Origin: Chrysomallon squamiferum
Lineage: Eukaryota; Animalia; Mollusca
Assembly: GCA_012295275.1 (NCBI GenBank)
Contig: CM022675.1
Location: 13,144,001-13,208,000, forward strand
Direction of reading: 5' to 3'
DNA length: 64,000 bases
Shown here: piece after piece, positions 13,644 through 28,388 of the stretch
Position numbering within the stretch: position 1 is the first letter of the stretch
Layout: each line of letters starts with the position of its first letter
Position numbers and translations under genes: made by a program
The notes under the pieces: generated by a model
What the model saw: only the letters and a program-made list of their open reading frames with translations
Told to the model about the DNA's origin: nothing
Database searches by the model: none

Positions 13644-14009
13644 TTTGTTTCGTAACCGTGAAAACCTTCTGGTTTTGAACGTTGTTATATTTTTTATTAT
13701 TTTTTTTTTTACTCCTCTTTTTTTTTGTTTTGTTAAACTAAATATGAAGTGAAAACCGGACACTGATGAGGATTGAAGGTTAAAAAACCAGTGTAGTGAG
13801 TGGGTTCGCTGATGTCCCGATTTTCTCAAAAAATCCACGAAAGAAAAAGTTTAGTTATTCGGTCCTCTTCTTGAATCAGTTTCGGTTTTTTTGAAACTTC
13901 TACCTATCGTTTTTCCCTGTTTTGCTTTCAGTGATATGTTTTTACGATTTAATTCCCAGACGTTTGTAGTACACAAATTACATTCCTCTAACAACGCGTC
14001 GCAATGTGG

Positions 14010-14565
14010 ATAAGTTTTTCTAAAGAAACAATTTCGTGCAACACCGTTCAGTTCCTATTCTCCAAAACAGACGTGATGTATTTTTTTTAAAACCTATACC
14101 GCAGCCCACCCGAATCTGCGGACGTCTTGCTAAAATGCTATCGGCTTTTCTTTTTTTTTTTTCTTCTTTTTCCCGTGACGTAGTTCTTTCGCTGTCAATC
14201 CCGCCCTTGCAGGAGCGCGCACCAATGTTCTTTTAACACCGTAGCCTGAGAGCTGGCTGTCGCGTCGAGTCCAATTAATTAAATTGTAGCGGGCTGCCGA
14301 GATTGGCCGTGTGCGCAGCTTTGATTAGCTAAACGGGGTGTTTCCGGTCTGACGGCAACCACGACGGCGTTCGTTTTGTTGCAGCAGGCTAATTAATAAG
14401 TAACCGTTGCCTAACGCGATGCGAGGCAGATTGAAGAGTTCCCCGTCTCGCGTCTCGGAACGCCTTTCCTTTCCCGTTCAACCTATCGGCGAGTGCGACT
14501 CGGGAGAAACGCTGATATAATTTTCGGATGCCGCAAGCAACTGAGACCTTTTCCAAGCCACGTTG
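14010..14565 (-). promoter_or_regulatory. CpG-rich putative promoter/enhancer upstream of the neuropeptide gene
   Basis: Non-repetitive GC/CpG-rich block 0.4-0.9 kb 5' of the ATG. It contains a CRE-like GTGACGTA (~14175), CCAAT motifs (~14222, ~14271, ATTGG ~14302) and TAATTA homeodomain-type sites. No clear TATA box was seen. Confidence 0.45.
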
Positions 14566-15035
14566 GTTGTAGTTGTAGTACTAAAGGAGATATATACGTA
14601 GAAGAAAAAAATTAAAATATTGATCACTGGAATTGTTTCGTTATAAATGAGTTTTTTTTTTTTTTTTTTTTTTTTCTTATCCCCCCGCAGCCATGTTTTG
14701 ATACTTCGGAATATTCGAGGAAAATTGCCTGTTGTTTGTTTTGTTATTCTTAGGACGTTAATAAGCTGTATTCAGATCACTAAACAAGTTGATTTTTTTT
14801 AACGACGTCGAGAGACAATTATGAATACTTCGTAGAATAATAATAATAATAATAATAGAAAAAATTCATAAAAAATAAATATGCGTCGGCTTTTTTTTTC
14901 TGTTTGTCATATAAAACCTTATCTTTGAAAAGACGAAGAAGAAAAAGTCTGGCATATATATACACACACACATATATATATATACATATATAGACACACA
15001 CACACATACGCACAAACACACACATATATATACAA

Positions 15036-15126
<91 letters not shown>

Positions 15127-15985
15127 TGTATTTTCCGAAATAAAAATAAAAATAAAATAAGAATATTGATTATAATAAATAAATAAAGGAAATAATTATC
15201 AAACAAAATGTGTTGAGTAAATAAAACAGTATAGCAAAAAAAAAAATCAGTTAATCACTCAATCAATCAACAGATAAATTAAATAAAATCAGATAAATAA
15301 AATAATATAAAATAAATAAAATGAAATAAAATTAAATAAAATTAAACGAAACGAAATGAAACAAAAACCCCCAAAATAAAATAAAAAGAACAACCAAACA
15401 GAATGCTTAGAATAAAAATAGAGAAAGAAAGAAAAAATATATTTATGACTGAACTCATGTAAAGAATGCATACAAAGTAGTTTCAGAACGAGGCTAATTA
15501 CGTAAAAGAGAGACGTGTGGATGATTAAGACGATGATAATATTAATATTAATGATGATGATGATAAAGATTATGATGATGATAATAATAGTAATAACGAT
15601 AAGAATAATGATCATAATTATGATGATGACAGTAATAATAACCATTATAATGATGATGTTAAAAATGATAATAATGATAATGATAGTAATAATGATAGTG
15701 ATAACGATGTTGATAAATATATTTTTGATAATTAAATAAGTCATAATTTAAGAGATAATAGAGTAAAGGAAGTTACCAAAGTAAGTGTGTTAAGTAAGTA
15801 AATAAAATAAGTAAATGCATTAGTAATTAATTAAGTGAAGAAGTAATTATAATAGCTAAATGTAAAATGCGTTAAAAGCATGAATGGATGAATGAATACA
15901 TAAATAAATGAATCATACTGTAATACATAGTACAATACTATAAAATACAATATAATATAATATAATATAAATACAATATAATATG

Positions 15986-16075
<90 letters not shown>

Positions 16076-16756
16076 ACCCCCAAAAAAAGAAAAAAAAGGA
16101 AGGATGAATAATAATAAAAAAAAAAAAAAAAAAAAAGTGAAACGTTTGAAGAGATGAGGATTGCTAACGAAGGTCAGGGTTCTTATTGTATGGCTTAATG
16201 TCAGTTTTGAATGATTGCTACAAAGCAATTAAAACAAAACTACAGAGAAAAGAGACCGCTAGAATTTTCTACAAATAGGCACGTGTAGGCGAAATTTTGA
16301 AGAAAAAAAAAGAAAAAAGAAACAAGAAAAATCAACAACAGAAGAAAAAAAACAAAAAAAATCACTAAACCAAAAAATATGATTGCAAGAGGAGATTCTT
16401 AGAGACATACGTAATTACATGTATAATTATATAAACTCACTGGCAGCTGAAAGAATTCCAGTCTGTAATGTAGAAATTGCTGAAAAAAATAATGTAAAAA
16501 CTTTTGAAAAATACTTTCATATCGGAAAATGGGGAAATGTGTAGATATAAAACGAAAATCATCTATTTTAGTGTCATTTCTATCGATAGATTTGAGGGTA
16601 GATAGATAAATGTAAAATGCATAGTTACATATATACTACATACATATTTATACACATACAAACATTTTAGACAGAGAAATAGATATACACATATAGGACA
16701 GACAGACCAAACATTAGAGAACCAATATTAAAGATGCCTTTACATTGCAATGAATC

Positions 16757-16813
<57 letters not shown>

Positions 16814-16889
16814 TAACAAATAAACAAATAAATAAATAAACCACTGCAACAAAATAACAACTACAACAATAACAGTAATGATGTCGTTC

Positions 16890-16953
<64 letters not shown>

Positions 16954-17327
16954 CAACAATAATAATAATCAAAATAATAACCTATTACATCATCCGTTTC
17001 TGCCTATTACGTCAAAGAATGAATGTTGCGTAGGTCAGCTCCTTAGCAACAACACAGTCATATGTATATTGTATGGTAATCAGTCATAGTCTCGTATGAC
17101 GCCTGTCCGCGCAGTTTTCAATTTCTCGTGGAGCGATACTTGGAAATTGTTCGCAGATTGCTTTCTTTAGGGCTAATCTAGATTAGACTGATTTATTCTT
17201 GTTCGTGACAACGTTTATTTCCGTGTCCATGACGAATATGACCGAATGTTAATCAGGATTTGTCTCCCGTGTTCTGATCGCTTTTTACAGAACCGCTGAG
17301 TTTAAAACAGTTGAGGGGTTGTATACA

Positions 17328-17426
<99 letters not shown>

Positions 17427-17960
17427 ACTGTTATTATTGTTATTACTGCTGGTGTTGTTACTATTACAACTATGACTACTACTACTGTATAAACATAGTA
17501 GAAAGGTATTTTTGCTATGGATGTAAAACCAAATACAAATGTATGCGTGTCATGTATGTCCTTATGCCTCTATGTGTGTGTGTGTGTACATATAACTCAA
17601 ATACTATTCATCAGAAAGACAGTACAAGTTTTTTTTAGAAATCGTTAACATAAATCGTTTACTGTGAAGTGTCTTTATTCAAATCTAATAATTATAAATA
17701 TGAAGACAAAAAAATGAAAAAATAAAAGAATAATTTCATGTAATTATTTTTTATATTTCTTTGAAATGTCAAGGAAAGCCTCAAAGACAGTTTTATAATT
17801 ACTTTCATACATATCTGTGTAAATAATTTTGTTCTATTGTTAATCGAAATTACAGATTTGAAACTGAATATTAAAGTTCTCTGATATTTTGTTGATGGAC
17901 GTTTTTAAAAATAAAAATGCAAATATTTCTTTAATATTGATAATGATGATGATGATGATG

Positions 17961-18006
<46 letters not shown>

Positions 18007-18154
18007 TAATAATAATAAGAAGAAGAAGAAGAACAACAACAACAACAACAAAGAAAACAACAGCAACAATGACAATGGTGATAACAACAACAAGAAGAGT
18101 ACAGAAATGAGAAACTAAACTACTAATAAGGCAATGAATGATATATATTCAGAC

Positions 18155-18194
<40 letters not shown>

Positions 18195-18927
18195 TCCTTT
18201 ACAAAAGGTACTGTCGTCATGGCTACAGGGAGTTTCTTGTAGAGAGTGGGTAAATGTCAAGCAGACATTTAAAAACAATAACAGACTGATTTTCGATTCT
18301 CATTCAAACGCTTCATTAATGCCGTTCTCCCCCTTCATCCCTCGACGAAAAACGTTTACCCGAATTAATGGAATATGTTAATCATGTGAGTTTAATCTCG
18401 CAGAAATCCCCCTGGGACGATCCCAGAGTCTAGACTCGTTTAGATATTTTATTTCCTTCATCACACAGGAAGCGAGCTCGACACCGTTATAAAATCCATC
18501 ACGACCGGAATTTATTTAGGAGTAAACATAAAATTGTCGTCACCGTTAAGAAGTCTTGATAATTTAATACTTTTAAGAGACGAGTTAGACAGAAAAGCAT
18601 TCTGATTGGCTGGTACGTGCTGCCGTCGTCATGTCACGTGTCTGTTTCTCTGTGATCTTTATTTTGTTTTTAAAATGATTTAATTATTGAGATCATAACT
18701 GACGCTAGATTATCGAGCTTTTGTTAGAGCGATAAAATATTTAAAAGAGGAAAAGAATGAGAGAAAATAAAAGTAGCAAAAAGGGAGAAATGGGGTTATA
18801 GAAATGACGTGGAGAAATTGTTATAGCTGAAAAAAAAAAAGATAAAGATGAAGTGAGAGAAAAATAAAAACAGGAAAAGTTAAAGAAAGATGTATATAAT
18901 TACACTCAGACACACACACATACATGC

Positions 18928-19026
<99 letters not shown>

Positions 19027-19032
19027 CATGCC

Positions 19033-19145
19033 ATGCTTTATCGGTATTTGCTACGTGAAAATATTTATATCTGCATGTCGGGTTGCAATTAGAATAACAA
19101 GTTTCATCAGATATTTTGTTATCTGATTCAGTCTTTAAAATAAAA
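19033..19145. repeat. Dispersed repeat B, copy 1 (preceded by (GA)n; internal stem-loop)
   Basis: atgctttatcggta...attagaataacaagtttcatcagatattttgttatctgattcagtctttaaaataaaa matches 37383-37490 and contains the stem ATCAGATA/TATCTGAT. Confidence 0.85.
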
Positions 19146-19932
19146 TATAAATAAATCAATACGATATTAATATTTTACCTTTTTCTAAAATGCAAAATAG
19201 AAGAAAAAAATAAGAAGTAAATATATTTCAAAACAAACAAAAAATAAAAGAAAGAAAACAAATTGTGAAATGAAAAACAGGGAAAAAAAATCGCACATGA
19301 AATATCGACAGTATCTATCTACTTAAAGTGTGTATACTTCAGCTCTGCAGTTTTTCTCTGTGTCAACATTCTTGCAGTACAAGTCAATAAAGTAAATTAT
19401 CTGATGAGTTTAACTGTCTGTGATAAGGCAGGAAACAAAAATCTTTAACAATGTTTTCAAGGTTGTTGTTGGATCGCCCAACCGTGGCTGGAGTTACGAA
19501 CAAACAAAAATAGTCAAGGTTTTGTTAGTTTTCCATTATTATGCCAGCTTCGGATGCATCCGCCATTAAGGATTTTGCTAAAAGTCATCCCTCTCATAAA
19601 CATGTCAATATTAAATAAAAGAACCATCAAATAAAAATTAATTTGCTGTAGTAATTATTTAATCATGAATATTAGCTAACTTTCTGTTACTGTTGTTGTT
19701 GTTGTTTGTTTTATTTCGTTCTGTTATATTCAGATTTTTTCGTTTGTATTATTACAGTTTTGTTGTTTCCATTGTTTATCAAGACATTTCAGTTTGTTTA
19801 TTTGTTGTTCGTATTTGTACGTGTCCATTAATGTGTGTCTGTGTGTCTGAAGAAACTGGCAAACTGTCAGATAAAACATGGACAACTATAGAAAGAAAGA
19901 CATACTGGAACTATGAGAGGAAAAAAGAAGGA

Positions 19933-20090
<158 letters not shown>

Positions 20091-21856
20091 CAGAGGAACA
20101 AACAAACATACCAACACAAAAAAAAAAAAAAAATATAAATAAATAAATAAATAAATAAATAAACAATGAAACAACATATGATAAAACACACACACCCACA
20201 CAAACAGAGAGAAATATTCAGCAGGTTTAAATACGGAAACTCGAGGTGGTGTATTAAACTCGTTTTACGATAATTTCACTTTAACGTTCTCTGTTTGCTT
20301 TGTTCAGACAATAAAATCCATGATCTATTAAAGAAAACGGCGTACGAAATGTTTACAACCTCTGAACTATGTACACCTATTTCCATTAAACATTGCGCTG
20401 TAATCGAATACCACCGAATGAAAATCAATTATCTCCCTTTGACAAAACAATCATGTCTTCGGCGGTGATCCAGATTTAGATCGGAAGACTTCGTACGTGA
20501 AACCCTTTGGCGATTTCGTGTCTTAGGAAGAGCGGAATCGGCCACGAATGCATTGTGTTGGCCTTTCCTCTGTGTCACTGACTGTGACGTAGAGAAAACA
20601 CAGCAAGGAATCCTATTAGCGATCATAAAACGAGGGAAAGAAAGAACGAGAAAAAAAGAAAAAAAAAAAAAAAGACTGTGGAATATTGTCAGCGGTTAAT
20701 CCTATAGAACACCCTGCCTCTGGTATAAGGTCTATTTTAATTTGACGAGTGAAGCAAACACTGTGTTAAGCAGTGGGTTTTGGAGATCTTGGTTAACTGT
20801 TTTAGAATTCGAACAATTTCTTGGAAATTATATTGCATCAATGCGTAGTCTTTTTTTTTTTTTTTCAGCGTGTTTAGTATACAACATAGTGACGAATGTT
20901 AGCGATGTATCTCGCTAGACACGGCTGAATCAATCCTTCTTAATGGCGATTACCAGTTAACTTTGCAAAATAATAATAATAATAATAATAATATATATAT
21001 ATATATAATAAAATCAGTAAAAATAATTTCCCGTTCCAGTAAAAACTCGTGTATTTGGGAAGGTTCATATATAAAACATTCATTCCTGTTAATCAGTTAA
21101 TGATTTCTGGTTTATTGTAATTTGTCATTTATGAAAATATATATTTTGTTTCTTAGCTTTATAAATAAAAACAAAACACAAAAAAAATAATAAAAATAAA
21201 AATAAAAAAAAAAAAATTATAAAAAAATAAACAAACAATGATGTTTCGTTTGATTTAATATTCACAAAAATTAATAACCTGTTTCATTAATCTTTCATTC
21301 ATTTATTCCAAAATTCATTCATTTATTCATTTCGTCTTTCATTCTTTCATTTGGCCTCTTGTCCCTTTGACGGTCATAACTGTCCTCATGCGTTATTACT
21401 CCATTTAATCAGTTTTGCAAATTCATGTTCGTAAGGTAGGTAACTCTTCAAGCGGCCACTGGCATGAACAGGACGCTTTTGTCTCCCTTGAACCAGTCCT
21501 CAATAAATGCATTGTCATGACATAGAATAAACAAGAAGTCAACTATGAAATACATGTACATGGAATGACAGCGGGTTTCCTTTCTAAAGATATATAACAT
21601 CTGTATTGTAGCACATAGTCTGTGTTAACAAAACCAAGGATTAAGAGTTTTTATAATATATATTAATTTATTAATTATTTATTTAAATTATACGTACAAA
21701 AATGATAAATATATTTTGTATACTTCGTGTAAATTATTATTATTCCCGCTACTACTGACTGAATACTACTACTACTACTACAACAACTACAACTATTATT
21801 ATTACTACTACTTCTGCTATACAAATATGTATCTGTAGGCAAACTCACACGTGCAC

Positions 21857-22032
<176 letters not shown>

Positions 22033-22825
22033 ACATATGCATGTGTTTCTGCGACCATACGGTTCAGTTTTAATTATCAAGGGAGGTTACTTTACTACAA
22101 CTATTAAACTGCTCAGTTACCTAACCTAGACGTTTAACAATAACTGACTACATAAGCATTACAACAGAATGAATGACGCCAAAACAACTGCAAAGCAAAT
22201 AAACACTCAGTTACCTATATATCTATTTATAATCTACACCAGCCAGTTATAGTTAAAAACAATTCAGCCTTGACAATAGGACTCTACAGATAGCTGATGA
22301 GATCTTTCGAACGAAACAGCAGGAGAAAACCAGGAGACTACATTATCATTATCTTTCTTATTCAAGGTTAGGAAATCAACTGACGACATTAGTGACAGTC
22401 TGGTGGTTTTTTGTGTAGCTGGTTTTAAATTTTGTTCATCGGAAATTTCAACCTTATCTATATAACAAAACAAGCAAATTAAAAAAAAAATGAAAATTCA
22501 TTTTTTATTATTAATGTGAATAATCTCTAATTTCGTTCCTCATTTCTCTCATTTTCTAACAAATACTCTCAGTTCATCTTTTCTCTCTCTTTCTCACTCA
22601 ATCATCCTGCCTCTCTGTTTTTCTGTCTATCTATCTCTTTATCTGTATATCAATTATTCTTTAGATCTACCTATCTATCTCTCTATCGATCTGTTTGTCT
22701 GTCTATCTGTTTATCTGTCCGTCTGTGTGGTTGTCTACATACCTGTTCATTATGTCTGTCTATCTATCTATCTTCTATCTTTCTATCTGTCTGTCTGTCT
22801 ATCTACCTATCTATTTATCTATCTA

Positions 22826-22872
<47 letters not shown>

Positions 22873-23764
22873 ATGTTTGTAGAAACATTTTCTTTCTTAT
22901 CTCTTCGACTTCTTTTTCACGTTTAAATTTATCTCAGTTAATTAAGCTAATAAAATGAACAATCTCTATTAAATCATAATCTTTTGTCTAACATTACACC
23001 ATACTCATTTAACTTAATTATAATATAACAGTTTTGGGGGTTTTTTTTAGAATTTTAACGAGAACAAATCGAGCACTTTACGGGAACAAATCTCGCTACA
23101 TCTCACTTTTCAGGTAGAACATTTCTTTTTTAATAAATAATATTTGTTTGTTTGTTTCGTTTCTTTTCTTTCTTTTCCTTTTTTTTTTTTTTTTTTAATT
23201 TAGCTGATGTTGACGTCCAGTTCTTGCTCCTCTCCATCCCTAACTCACCTCCACTCGACTTCGCTTACAACGAACAAAACGCGACAGACGCGCATTCACA
23301 CAGAGAAGTAAAGTTACCGGAAATGAGACTCGACAGGCACAGCGCGCGCGCCTTTCGAACTGGGAAAGAAGCGTTGATTACACGTCGCGGTCGTCCGTCT
23401 GTAAATCTGATTAGCAGTAATCAGAAAGCGAATTCGAGTTTACTAGGGGTTCGGTCAGAAGCGCGGAGTCGAATCAGCGGTGGACTGATGACTCTCGTAA
23501 GAAGCGTGGCGTGGTTTCTCAAACTCGCGGCGTCGTGTTTCAGTGAAGACTGCAGAGACACCGAAAATACACTGACGTGTCTCGTTTTAGATGTTATTAA
23601 CACGGTAAGCTAGACGACTAAACGACCGTCCACCGTCGCTCAGCGAACTTTTTTTTACTGAAAGACACAAATATTTGAGGTTATTTTTCAGAATTGACAA
23701 AACTATGTGATTTAATTAACTAGTTACCTCGTTCTTGTTCGAAACGGCGGTGAATTTGGTTTTT

Positions 23765-24370
23765 GTAGTAGTAGTAGCAGTACTTTTTATACCGGGTGAT
23801 AGTAGTAACAGTAGTAGTAGTAGTAGTAGAAGTAGTAGTAGTAGTAGTAGTAATAGCAGTAGTAGTAGTAGAAATAATAATAGTAGTAGTAGTAGTAGTA
23901 GTAGTAATAGTAGTAGTAGTAGTAATAGCAGTAGTAGTAATAGTAATAGTAGTGGTAGTAGTAGAAATAATAATAGTAGTAGTAGTAGTAGTAGTAGTAA
24001 TGGTAGTAGCAGCAGCACTATTTTTATACCGAGTGATGGTAGTAGGTGTAGCAGCAATAGTAGTAGTAGTAGTACCGGTACTAGTAGAAGTAGTAATAGT
24101 AGCAGAACCAGTTGTAATAGTAGTAATGGCAGTAGTAGCAGCAGCAACGCCAGAAGTAGCAGTAAAATACTAGTAGCAATGAGTAGTAGCAGTAGCAGTT
24201 GCAACAGCTGAAGCAGTAGTAGTAATAGTAGTAGTAGTAACAGTAGTATAATAGTACCAGTAGTAGTAGTAGTAGTCGCAGAAGTAGTAATAGTGGGGGC
24301 AGTAGCAGTAGCAGTAATAAATGTAACAATAGTATTAACAGTAGTAGCACTACTAGCTGTAGTAGTAGTT
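23765..24370. repeat. Degenerate (TAG/AGT)n compound microsatellite with an internal duplication
   Basis: Long AGT/AGC/AAT array in which the unique motif tttttataccg.gtgat occurs twice (~23784 and ~24021). Confidence 0.85.
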
Positions 24371-25104
24371 ATATTAATTCTGCAAGCTGTGTTTTTTCTG
24401 TGTAGACGGCGTGATAATGTTAAGTGTGTTAAATCTACAACAGATATGAAACACTTCAGATGAAACAATCTAATTTTGACATTTCCATTTACTCTTTCCC
24501 TCGTTCCAATTTGTCAAGTGTCTGCCGCACGAACACAGCCTGTGGTGTCAGCCTAGTCCACATTCAAGTCGTTCACTGCAACGGATACAAACGTCCCGAG
24601 TCTGTCGTGTGACCGCATTGCACTTCGGGCCAGCCGATCGTGTGATGGGGCTGCCCAGACCGTAATCGTGACGGTTTAATGACGCTGTACGAGACAGGAC
24701 ATTGTGATGCTGGGAAGAAAATAAATTATTTACACGCATCCCTGTCTGGATATCTTGATGTGATATTCAGTCTGTGTGCTTTTTTTAGTTGTTTTTTTTG
24801 TTGTTTTTTTTTTTTTTTTTTTTTTTGTTTTTTTTTTTTTTTTTTTTCTCTTTCTTTCTTTTTCTATCTTTCACTCCTTTTTTTTTTTTTCACTATCACT
24901 CTTCATTCTTTCTTTTCTTTTAGTTTATTTTTTCTCAAAAACTTATCTTACCGATTCCTTTTACACCCCGCGTCCTTTTCTCCCTCTCTTTAAATAAATA
25001 AAAAAGATCTGTAAGTGAATAGACAGAGAGATAGACAGAAGAAAGAAGACAAAAAGAAAGAATACAAACCAGTTGTCAGCTTGCTCTGAAGATTCTACAA
25101 GGAC

Positions 25105-25201
<97 letters not shown>

Positions 25202-25917
25202 ATCGTATACTCAATGACGTCACGATTCATACTGCGAATACCAAAATGGCGTAGATCAGATGATTAGTAACAGTAATATCTTTACTTTCATACTTCATCA
25301 TACACCAAGATACGTGGCCCAAATCTACAGAAGCAATAGATTGGAAACAGGCTATAAATAACTTTATTCTCGCATTTATTCGTCCCGTCACGTGTTCACT
25401 GAACGATCATTTTGTGTGATTATGCATGAGATGTCTGCGCCCGTGCAAATATCTCTCAACCCAGCGAGTTTCTGTTTGCAACATTATTGTCAGTGACGCA
25501 CTGTGTGTCTCTGTCTGTTTGTCTGTCTGTCTGTCTGTTTGTCGGTCTGTCTGTCTGGCTGGCAGTTGTTTGGTTCTTGTTTTCATTACGTCTAACGTTA
25601 TGTTCAGATCTCAGACAAACGTCTGCTAAATCTAAAACACACGTCCTGACGTTTCTTAACAAAAAATTAAAAAAATATAAAAATAAAAAATAAAATAAAA
25701 TAAAATAAAATAAAATAAAATGAAATAAAATAAAATGAAAAGTAAAACATAATTGTAGATAGGAGAGAGTATAATATTTCGTAAATGTTTATTGTTCATC
25801 TTTTTTCTTTCTGTTTATTATTTTTTTTTTCTTTGGCTTGTTTTTCATTCCTTCGCCTCTTTTATTTCTCTTTTTTACATTGGTTTATTTGTTCTTTATT
25901 TTTCTTTCATTTTGTAA

Positions 25918-25982
<65 letters not shown>

Positions 25983-26311
25983 GCTTTTATATGTGTTTAT
26001 TAATTTATAATTATTTTGTTCTTGTTGTTTCGTTGTTATTCCTGTTTTTGTATTATTATTAATATCCTGCACTTATGATATTTAGATTTTTTTCTAATTC
26101 ATTTTTTTTTATTTCTTTCTTTCTCTTTTTGTTCTTTATTTTTATATTTTATTTAATTATTTATTTAAGCTTTTATCATTCATGCTTTTAACCAAAATAA
26201 TTGAAATCAACACCACAATTTGTTCATGATAACTACTTCATTCTAAATATTATTATCGAAAATTATGATAAACTATCATTTTTTCTACTAACCACATAAA
26301 TTAATATAAGT

Positions 26312-26390
<79 letters not shown>

Positions 26391-27792
26391 CATACAACAA
26401 GGCACGCTATCAACATAACAAAACAGATAATTACGACATATCAAGACATAATTATTAACTACATCGACAGTTAATCGTAACGCACCCAAGCTCTGAAAAG
26501 CACGTGATCCTACAAACGTCACGTGATAGCCTAGCGCGCCAATCCACTGACCTACATCGAGAACGTAATCGGGTCGCGCGCGTGTTTTTATTTGCACTAT
26601 TGAACCACATCGGAGTGGCCGGCCAGGTCGTTTGCACGACGTTGTTAACGGCGCGAGCGGCATTAATTCATTATATTCTGCAGCAGTTCCACTTATCCAG
26701 TTCGTAAACGACACCGTCATCGTTCAATGGTTAATTGTTATGCTAGTTTTATCGGCCGGGTGATCGATGCTGATACATTTTCGTTAACTGCTCAATATCG
26801 GGCAGCAGTTATTGAGGAACAAAGGATCTTTTGTCATCAGCTGAAAGTGGAGAACAGAGCGAGCGAGCCGGACCAGAGTTTTGAGTGAGAATGAACCTGT
26901 CATCTTTCTGTGTATATTGAAAATATGGATATCTACGAACAATGGCTAAGGGTGGCCATTTTTGTGTTTGCAGAATGGAAGACAACCTCGATCACGTTCG
27001 CACAGATACGATCGCACACGCACGCACACACACACACACACGCACACACACACACTCGCAGCTATATATATATTTATCTGTGTGGATATATGTAAACTTA
27101 CTGACAAAAAGATAAATACTTGAGGCATACAAAAACATAAACATATACATTTTAAAATAGCGTATGGACAGAGAGAAATAGAGATTGAAAGAGACAAAGA
27201 TAGAGATGGACAGAGAAAGAAAGTGAGAGATAGAGAGATTTAGACAAATAGAATATTACGTATATAAACAATACTACAAAGTCAAAGAAATGATTAGATT
27301 TCCATCTTGTACCCTTTTCTGTTTTCACTACAACTGTTGTAATCACCCTTCCTTGTGTGTAGATGTTGATATTGCGTATTTCCTTTCCCCGTTATTGGCC
27401 CTGGATAAACACAGACGAATCAAAACACGTGGGTTTTGCAAATCTATAAGCTAACTATAGAAGTACTAATCTTTTGTCGACCGAAACTACGCCAACCAGT
27501 GTAGTAACTATTACATCTAAGCCAATCACTTTTAAATCTCTGTGTCTTGATAATGATAGTTTTTGTTGGCTGACTTTATAACGGCTGTCGGCTTTCAGTT
27601 ATAATTATTAATAACAAAAAATACATTTTTTTTTTTAATGACGTTGTGAGGAATTATCGATGTACGTAATGGCTGTGATGACGCTGCAATGATGATGGTG
27701 ACGACGATTTTTGTAGTAGAATATATTAACGTAGGAAGAAGAGGGAGGGAAATGAGGAACAATGAAAGAGAAAAGAATGTATGTTGGAATGT

Positions 27793-27870
27793 AAAGATAA
27801 TTTCTGTACTTAAATGTTTAACTGGAATGATCAAGTGCTGAGAATAAATATAATTTAAGGTGGACACTTG
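27793..27870. repeat. Dispersed repeat A, copy 2 (followed by (GA)n)
   Basis: Near-identical to 21857-21935, with a few substitutions and a 1-nt indel. Confidence 0.85.
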
Positions 27871-27884
27871 AGAGAGAGAGAGAG

Positions 27885-28034
<150 letters not shown>

Positions 28035-28217
28035 TATATGCTATCAACAAACAATATCCTTTCCAAAAGTGTATAGATCATCCATGTATTTTGAAAATTG
28101 TTAGCGTGTAGCAAATTTTGGTATCAGTTACAACAAATTGGGTCATGCAACAGACATTTTCTTTTACAATAGTAGGTGACATATTTATTTATTTTTTTTG
28201 CATATATGATGCAATAC

Positions 28218-28253
<36 letters not shown>

Positions 28254-28262
28254 TCATTTCAG

Positions 28263-28388
28263 ATGTTAACGAATGTTTGACAAGCTACAACAGATGTGAA
28301 CAGCAATTTCAAAATTTAGATGGAAGTTACAAATGCTACTGCTCTTCTGGTTATGTCATAAGTCCAAATGACCCAAATAAGTGTGATG
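28263..28388 (+). pseudogene. Isolated calcium-binding EGF-like domain exon with a Cys3-to-Phe change (probable pseudo-exon or gene fragment)
   Basis: Acceptor tattcatttcAG and donor G|GTattt flank a 126-nt phase 1-1 exon encoding (D)VNECLTSYNRCEQQFQNLDGSYKCYCSSGYVISPNDPNKCD. It matches the cbEGF pattern D-x-N-E-C...C-x-N-x-x-G-S-Y-x-C-x-C-x-x-G-Y, but the third Cys position is TTT (28307-28309), one substitution from TGT. No companion exons were seen nearby. Confidence 0.7.

Noticed and set aside
13644-13838. N-terminal 65 aa of the 206-aa ORF in the track
   Set aside because: It starts at a non-ATG codon and is Lys-rich, A-tract sequence typical of a UTR. The ATG at 13643 has good context and begins the signal peptide.
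23152-23613. 153-aa ORF over the CpG-rich block
   Set aside because: It has a non-ATG start in a poly-T tract and no recognisable protein features. It stays open because of local GC richness.
23716-24468. 250-aa poly-Leu/Thr ORF and overlapping poly-Ser/Val ORFs
   Set aside because: These are translations of the (AGT)n microsatellite. The same applies to the many ERERER, SLSLSL, poly-I, poly-N and poly-Y ORFs throughout the track.
24530-24550. cgaacacagcctgtggtgtc resembling miR-317, with a nearby ATTGCAC (miR-92-like seed) at ~24617
   Set aside because: Several mismatches and no proper precursor hairpin.
27785-27797. TGGAATGTAAAGA, matching the 5' part of miR-1
   Set aside because: It diverges after 13 nt, has no complementary arm and spans the repeat A boundary.
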